From assembly GCA_963815195.1 (NCBI GenBank), contig CAWFGE010000003.1, forward strand, positions 1-46,687: a stretch of DNA of 46,687 nt, written 5' to 3'. Source of the DNA: an uncultured Planctomycetaceae bacterium (GTDB lineage Bacteria; Planctomycetota; Planctomycetia; Planctomycetales; Planctomycetaceae). The position numbers and the translations under genes were made by a program. The notes under the pieces were generated by a model. It worked only from the letters and a program-made list of their open reading frames with translations. It ran no database searches and was not told the DNA's origin. Positions 40,530-46,687 of this stretch are shown one piece after another. Every line of letters begins with the position of its first letter. Position 1 is the stretch's first letter.

Positions 40530-40985
40530 CGGCGGCTCTTGGCGGGTCGCAGAAGCCAAGAGATAAAGGATCGGGTGAAAAATGCGGTACATCGCGATAC
40601 CATTGCCAGAGCCAGTATTTTCAAGGGTGACAAGGTTTTTGTACCCCGCCATGAGCCCGGTTTCGACCGCCTTTCGCTCCGTGCGGCTGGGTTCGCGAGG
40701 ATCGCCGGTCGGGAACTGGTTCGACCGTCCTGAGCCGCAGAGATGTGCGCGGTTTTGGGCGATGATATGACACGCGACTCGCGCTCAAATTCGCGATTCC
40801 CGTTAACCGGTGGGGCAAAAGTTCGCAGTTGTTGTCTGCGTTTTGAGGCACCGTAGAAGACTCGAACTTTTGCAAGTTCCTGCCATTTCACGACTTCCGC
40901 AATCGGGTCGTGCGCGAATGGTTAGTAACGTGTTGTGTACGGGGAGGCTTGCGTTTTCGGTGTCGGAAGTGGTTCGTGGTATTGG

Positions 40986-41846
40986 TGTGGTGGACCCCGA
41001 AAACTGGACAGCCCAATAAGGTAGAATGTGCTATGTACATTTGTCGCATTGGGAGGTTCCGATTATGACCAGGAAGCGTCGAGTTTTGGGGTCCGCGTTC
41101 AAAGCCAAGGTGGCGTTGGCGGCGGTCAAAGGAGACAGGACGACGGCTCAGTTGGCGTCGGAATTCGGCGTCCACACGAGCCAAGTCACGGCCTGGAAAA
41201 AGCAGTTGTTGTCGGGCGCCACGGAGTTGTTTACGGATGGCCGACGTAAGCGATCCGACGATCAATCGGCCAATGGGCAAGAACTCTATGAACAAATCGG
41301 CCGGCTGAAAATGGAAGTCGAATGGCTCAAAAAAAAGTCGCTGACGCTGGATTAAGCCACGAGGTTTTGCGGGCATGGATCGAACCGAATCATTCCACGT
41401 TGAGCGTGTCGCGTCAGTGCAATCTGTTGGGATTGGCGCGGAGCAGTTGGTACTACGAACCTGGCGGCGAGACCGCGGAAAATTTGGAACTGATGCGGCG
41501 AATCGACGAGGAATACACGCGCTTGCGATTCACGCCGAACAACTCGGCCATCTTGCGAGAACCATAAAACGGATGCCCGATCTCGCGGCCGGAGGTCTTC
41601 AACAGCGACCAGGGCAGCCAATTCACAGCGATCAAGTTCACCGAGCGATTGGAACGATTGAATGTCGCGATCAGTATGGATGGAAAGGGACGGGCCTTGG
41701 ACAACGTATTCATCGAGCGGCTGTGGCGGAGCGTGAAATACGAAGAGGTTTACTTGAAGGATTACATGGATGGTTGGGAGGCCGAGAGAAGCCTGCGGAG
41801 TTACTTTGAGTTTTATTGTGAGGAACGGATCCATCAGTCGCTGGGT
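40986..41846 (+). mobile_element. Decayed IS3-family element (left IR, orfA, rearranged orfB)
   Basis: TG..GACCCCGAAAACTGGACA end; A8G slippery site at 41329-41337; orfB pieces VSRQCNLLGLARSSWYY, FNSDQGSQFT, DNVFIERLWRSVKYE. Confidence 0.85.
41065..41355 (+). CDS. IS3-family transposase OrfA
   Basis: FKAKVALAAVKGDRTTAQLASEFGVH..W, LYEQIGRLKMEVEWLKKK. Confidence 0.9.
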   Translation: MTRKRRVLGSAFKAKVALAAVKGDRTTAQLASEFGVHTSQVTAWKKQLLSGATELFTDGRRKRSDDQSANGQELYEQIGRLKMEVEWLKKKSLTLD

Positions 41847-41914
41847 CGGAGGCGACGTCACTTTGAGCGTCTGTCTGCGCGACCGCAGGGAAAAGGGAAT
41901 CTGGTTTGGCATAA

Positions 41915-42929
41915 TTCGCTGCAACAGACCCTTCCAGGAAACTCGCATAGTCTTCGCGGCTGGAAAAATCCCGGCTGCCGCGCAGAAGCAGGGCTTGATC
42001 CACCCTGCGTTTGAGATGGCCGTTCGAGGATTCCACATCGCCGTTTTCATTGGCGCAACGGGCGTTGGTTTTCTCGGGCTGACTGCCGTAGTGTTCCATC
42101 AACGCCTGGTAGCGTGCGGTATGCGTCTTGCGATCCGAATGGTTGTTGACCGCCGCGCTCAAACTGTCGGTGCGATGCCGCTTCGGCACGCCGCCGAACT
42201 CCCAAAAGGCTTTCTGAATCCCCGCGCTCAAGGCCTCAAACGATTCGGAAAAACAGAGCGAAACCGACTCCACGTTCGAGTAGGTCAGCACGCAATGAAA
42301 CAGCGTATGATCGAAACGCTGGCCGGCGATCTTCACGCCCAGATCGTTCATCACCGTGAAATCGCTGGCCGCCAACCGGCCCGGATGGTGCACCTGCTCG
42401 AACATCACCGGCTTTCCCGGCCCCGAAAGGCTTCGCCATTTCGCCACCCGCCGCTCAAAAGTTCGCCGGGTGGAATTGGGAAACTGCCCCGAGTATTTCT
42501 CCTGGAGCCATTCAAAGAGCGTCTTGGCTTTGAGGCGCGGTTCCGCTTCCAAGCGGGCTTGGACTTCGTCCCACACCCTCTCAAAGGGATCGACGCGTGT
42601 TCGGTACTCCCGGGGCTTTTTCCGCTCCGAGGGCAACCGCCCGTCATCGCGGTACTTCCGGGCCGGTTTTTTCATCCATGCCACTCATCCTTGCCGAGGC
42701 AGCGAGAGAAAGTCCCTTGTCGAGCAATCGCCGCAGTTCCAAAACTTGTCCATTGGTGATCATCACAACCTCCGTGAAAACGAGAAGCTGCCATGATGAC
42801 CTGAACGGAACCTCCAGGGAAATCTAATTGTCGCTGAAAGAAGAATTGCGAGCAGAGAACCCGCGGAAATTCACGTCAAACCCGGAAATCCAATCGCCGC
42901 CAAACGGGAAAAGTAGTTGTCGTTAGACA
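41915..42929 (-). mobile_element. istA: Truncated IS21-family element (left end plus 5' part of istA, ATG 42763)
   Basis: TGT terminus at 42929 with internal repeats of a GGAAA...TGTCG-like motif; YRTRVDPF, RRTFERR, SDFT, RTDSLSAAV, ENGDVES; no istB. Confidence 0.85.
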
Positions 42930-43793
42930 TACGGCGACCGTTGCATGGGGCGACAATACAGGGACTGAGACGTTACCGCTCTCCGAAGGTATTGGGATAG
43001 TGCAGTACTCGGTAATCACGTCTATGTGTTATCGGGCACCTTCACGATTACAGTGAGTGTAACAGACGATGATGGCGGCACAGCCACCAAAACTTTCCAG
43101 ATCGTTGTTGCTAATGCGGCACTGCTGCCGGATACCGCTCACAACGGGCAAATTGCTCTCTATGTTGGCGGAATGATCGGTGCCGATGACATCCAGATTA
43201 GTCCTGGTGACAATGCCGGGGATATTGAGGTCGAGATCAATGGTGTTTCTGAAGGCATGTTCGCTCCGACGGGACGGATCGTTGTTTTTGGTCAGGCCGG
43301 GGATGATGAAATCCAAGTCTCCGGCAGTATCACGAACTCGGCTTGGCTCGACGGCGGAGTCGGAAACGACCGACTTAAGGGCGGGGCCGGCCACGATGTC
43401 CTGTTGGGTGAAGATGGAGACGATCTGCTCGCCGGTGGAAGTGGTCGCGATCTGCTCATCGGCGGGCGCGGATCGGACCGGATTGTCGGCAACGCGGACG
43501 ATGACATCCTCATTGCCGGTTGGCTTGGCGTCTCGAGTGCCAATCTCGACCAGACGTACAGCGACATCATGGAAATTTGGACCTCGATCGACCAATATCA
43601 GACGCGAACCGAAGACCTGAGCCACATACTTATGCTGGATCAAACCGTGCTCGATGATGATGCGGACCGAGATGTGCTGACCGGTTCTTCTGGCACCGAC
43701 TGGTTCTTGCTCGACCTTGACAACGATCGAGCCACGGATTTGAAGGACGAGGTGTTCGCCAATGATCTCGACTGGGTATTAAGCGCCGTCTGA
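42930..43793 (+). pseudogene. C-terminal remnant of a large PKD/RTX calcium-binding-repeat protein
   Basis: TVAWGD..TITVSVTDDDGG, then GGxGxD nonapeptides; begins exactly at the IS21 end. Confidence 0.75.
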
Positions 43794-44183
43794 ACGCGAG
43801 TCGAATGTGAGCGGTAACCGTGGGGAAACCAATTACCGATCGCGTTCCCACAACTGTTCATGCCCTTTGGGACTATTCCAAAGGCACGCCTCTGGCGGTG
43901 GATACTTTACGCGAAGATATTGACTGACATGCCAAGAACCTTCACCTAACCGATGCCTTAAGGAGCACTCTATGGCCGACTCGAAGATTCTCCGTATCAC
44001 TCTCGTACAACATGGATATCCCGCCTTCGCAAGGCTGACAGCAGATCGACCTGCACCGCTCGCTGACCGACGCCCGCACATTCGAATTTCACGACGTTGA
44101 TTGAATTGGGCCTAGTCGTGGACACGACTATGCCCAATTCAATCAATGCAGTTACATTCCGTAAGTACTCCCTGTCGAACCCT

Positions 44184-44430
44184 TTGCAGTTTTTCGAAGA
44201 CGGGAAGATGCTGGCCTCGGGCGGTTACGACAAGATCGTGCGGATTTGGGACGTGGCGCGGGGCGAAGAGATCAAGCGGCTCGAAGGCAACATGGCCGCC
44301 GTCCGCGCGGTCGCGTTTTCGCGCGATGGGAAACTCGTCGCCTCGGCGGGTAGCGACCGCCGCGTGCGGATCTGGAACCTCGCCGACGGCCGGTTGATGA
44401 AAACGATTCTGGCCCACGACGCCGCGATCC
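44184..44430 (+). pseudogene. Two-repeat WD40 fragment
   Basis: DGKMLASGGYDKIVRIWD and FSRDGKLVASAGSDRRVRIWN; too short for a propeller. Confidence 0.75.
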
Positions 44431-44654
44431 CCGCGATCCGCGATCCGCAATTTGGCGTTCTCGCCGGACCCCGAAATTCCCTCAAACGATTGCGAAGAAG
44501 CACGGCCATGCGGGGCACATGGCTGTTGGTGTGTTTGTGATCGGATCGGGCATGATGTTCTACCTTGAGCATCCGAGAGGGCAAACGAAAGCAACGAGGG
44601 CTGTCGGCGAAAGAACCGACAGCCCTCGTTGCGACGCCGGTGTGGTATTGGGCG

Positions 44655-44876
44655 CTACGCCGCCCCTTCAATTTTTCGCGGCGTGATGGAAACGCGGTCG
44701 CCCTCCTGGAGGATGTAGGTCGCTTCGACCGGACCTCGGTTCAAGCGAATCAAGTAATCCTGGGGCGAACCATTCGGGACGGTCTGCTCAAACAGCGTCT
44801 TAATGGTGGTGCCTTCGCGAACTTCCACGGTGTCCGCGAAGCCGGCGCCGAAGTTGTTGATGACGTAAACTTTCAT
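44655..44876 (-). CDS. Ubiquitin-like MoaD/ThiS-family protein
   Basis: MKVYVINNFGAGFADTVEV...YLIRLNR..LQEGDRVSITPRKIEGAA; beta-grasp GD motif; AAGGA RBS. Confidence 0.8.
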   Translation of the reverse strand: MKVYVINNFGAGFADTVEVREGTTIKTLFEQTVPNGSPQDYLIRLNRGPVEATYILQEGDRVSITPRKIEGAA

Positions 44877-44953
44877 GGATGATTTCCTTTGCAAGAGTGA
44901 AAATTGAAACGGAGGTTCGGAGAACGGCGTCGTGCCCTGTTACGGGATGGAAA

Positions 44954-45148
44954 TCAGCCGGCGATCGCGGTGCGTTTCCGCTGCGGGAAGATATTGACGT
45001 GCCGTCGGGCTTCGAGTTCGTCCCAGTCGATGGGCGGTTCGCATTCGCGGTCGAGTTCTTCGACGGGCACGAACCCCCGCCGCGAGATTTCACTGACGGT
45101 TTCTCCGGTGGATTGGGCCACTGCTCGGTTGAGGTCACGTTGTGTCAT
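44954..45148 (-). CDS. Small conserved hypothetical protein
   Basis: MTQRDLNRAVAQSTGETVSEISRRGF..IDWDELE; AAGGAG RBS. Confidence 0.7.
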   Translation of the reverse strand: MTQRDLNRAVAQSTGETVSEISRRGFVPVEELDRECEPPIDWDELEARRHVNIFPQRKRTAIAG

Positions 45149-45508
45149 CGCTTGCTCCTTTGAAGATTGAGAGAAAGCGACCGCCCCACACCGGGGCGAT
45201 CGCATGAGAGAAAATGCAATCACTCCGCAGTGCGGGCGTAACAATCTTGGATTCTTGAGGTTCAAAACCCGCTCGTTAGCGGGTCTTGGCTTTCACCTTC
45301 TTTTTGGCTTTCTTGGTTTTCGCGCTGTTGGCGGCGAATATTGTCTGCGCGATTCGGCGCCGTTTCGCTGTCCAGATTCACAAGGCCCGGCAACAGGGAT
45401 GGCAGCCGCTGGCGGGGAGGATGACAATGCGACCGGTCGGATACTGCGTCGGCTGGGACACGTTTGGGCCTCTTCCAGATGCTGCCATTGCGCGTCGGCG
45501 ATTTTGCA

Positions 45509-46159
45509 TTAAGCGAGCGCCGGCTCGCCCTGGAACTGATGCCACGCCTCGCACAGTTCCCGCCGAAGCTGAGAAACCCGGGCGGCAGAGATTTTGAACT
45601 TTTTGGCGATCCAACTCGTCGCGTGTCCCCGGGCCAGCTTGAGAGCCACCTTGCGATCCCGGCGGGACAGTGTTTTCAGGAAGGCCCGGAAGTCGATGCG
45701 GAAGGCGGCCAGTTCGGCCGGCGTGGAGTGCCGATCCTCGACGACCATTTCCGTCCATTCTTCGTTTCGATGGTCCCAGCAATGCAGGTGGCGGACTTCC
45801 ACCCCTTTTTGCTGCTGGCAGTATTCCGAGGACACATCTTTGATGTTGAGGGAACAGCCGACCCGCCGCCCGCTACGAACCTGGGCCACGGCATATTTGG
45901 CGAGCGAACTCCACGTCGCGGCCTCCACTTCGCCCCGCTCCACCAGCCGAGCAAACGCGACACAGCAGTTGCAAACGACTTCCTGGATCGCCTCATCGCG
46001 GTTGTCGCCCTGCAAATTGCGGAACATATAGCTGGCGTGGTCCTGGATCTTGGGAAGCATTTGAAGGAAGTTTTCGTGCCAACACGCTGAAGTTGTCGGC
46101 GGAGTGTTGGAAGCCGTGGAATCAGACGAGGAATTGGGAGTGGAAGCGTGCGAACTCAT
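45509..46159 (-). CDS. Sigma-70-region-4-like HTH hypothetical protein
   Basis: GGAGG RBS; C-terminal TLSRRDRKVALKLARGHATSWIAKKFKISAARVSQLRREL. Confidence 0.7.
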   Translation of the reverse strand: MSSHASTPNSSSDSTASNTPPTTSACWHENFLQMLPKIQDHASYMFRNLQGDNRDEAIQEVVCNCCVAFARLVERGEVEAATWSSLAKYAVAQVRSGRRVGCSLNIKDVSSEYCQQQKGVEVRHLHCWDHRNEEWTEMVVEDRHSTPAELAAFRIDFRAFLKTLSRRDRKVALKLARGHATSWIAKKFKISAARVSQLRRELCEAWHQFQGEPALA

Positions 46160-46244
46160 AAGGACGAACCTCCATAGAAGGGCCGCCCCAGCGGGGGCGG
46201 CTGTGAAAGAAACACAACCGCCCCGCGCACACGTGCCGGCGCAA

Positions 46245-46290
46245 CAAAAAAGGCCCCGCGATCGCCGAAAAGAGGCGGAAATCACGGGAC
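46245..46290 (-). terminator. Possible intrinsic terminator upstream of the sigma-like gene
   Basis: Minus strand CCCGTGAT...ATCGCGGG stem followed by GCC and T6. Confidence 0.4.
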
Positions 46291-46687
46291 AGAACGGAGC
46301 TATTTTGGCTCCTTGCAAGAGCTAAGCTATTGGCAGCAAATTACCTGGCGCAAACACTGTCTGAATTTAGGACGAGCCGAATCCTTGAACGGCCAGACAA
46401 GTATCAATTTCGTCAACTCCAAGGCGTGTTAGGCAAATCCGCACGGAGTCACGTTTTTGGTCCGGCCATTTGTCCGATCGTTTGCAGCCACGATCGGACT
46501 TCCCCTTCTAGATCTCGCTGGGATAACAGGTCGGCTGTCATGCATTCGACAGCTTGGGTGTTGAGCCGATCTGCCGGGATCCTTCAGCGACTTCGCATTG
46601 GAGTTCGGCCATCTGGCGGTTTTGCTCGGCTTGACGGTTCAGGTTTTCTTCCGCCCTCTCGGCTAACTTTTGGTTTTCCGATTGCTC

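Noticed and set aside
44097..44540. Intact 147-aa WD40 gene
   Set aside because: Only two repeats, flanked by sequence that does not look coding.
46583..46687. 3' end of a minus-strand gene at the window edge
   Set aside because: About 34 open codons with no recognisable motif; cannot be supported.

Overview
GC-rich bacterial DNA, most likely from a Planctomycetota genome (inferred from a TAT-exported DUF1501 protein, planctomycete-type CsrA and DUF2294 proteins and conserved hypotheticals). Many genes carry local indels, so this may be an error-prone long-read assembly. 1-13.4 kb: a minus-strand type I-MYXAN (I-B-like) CRISPR-Cas locus in the order WYL regulator, cas6, cas3, cas8, cas7/devR, cas5/devS, cas4-cas1 fusion, cas2, leader, then 31 identical 36-bp repeats. 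cas8 has an internal RBS and ATG typical of a hidden Cas11, and an IS4 element (17-bp IRs, 10-bp TSD) is inserted in that region. 13.5-19.5 kb: a DUF5131 gene, a putative PD-(D/E)XK nuclease gene and remnants of a serine-recombinase element. 19.5-36.7 kb: two divergent DUF2294/MpsC genes separated by a promoter and a structured leader RNA whose stem overlaps an intrinsic terminator (best novelty candidate). Next come csrA, small stress and envelope genes, a heavily frameshifted cyclic beta-1,2-glucan synthase and a PAS hybrid kinase. 36.9-46.7 kb: nested and decayed IS701, integrase, IS3 and IS21 elements, truncated pfkB, RTX-like and WD40 fragments, a DUF1501 gene and an isolated ubiquitin-like gene. 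No rRNA or tRNA was seen.
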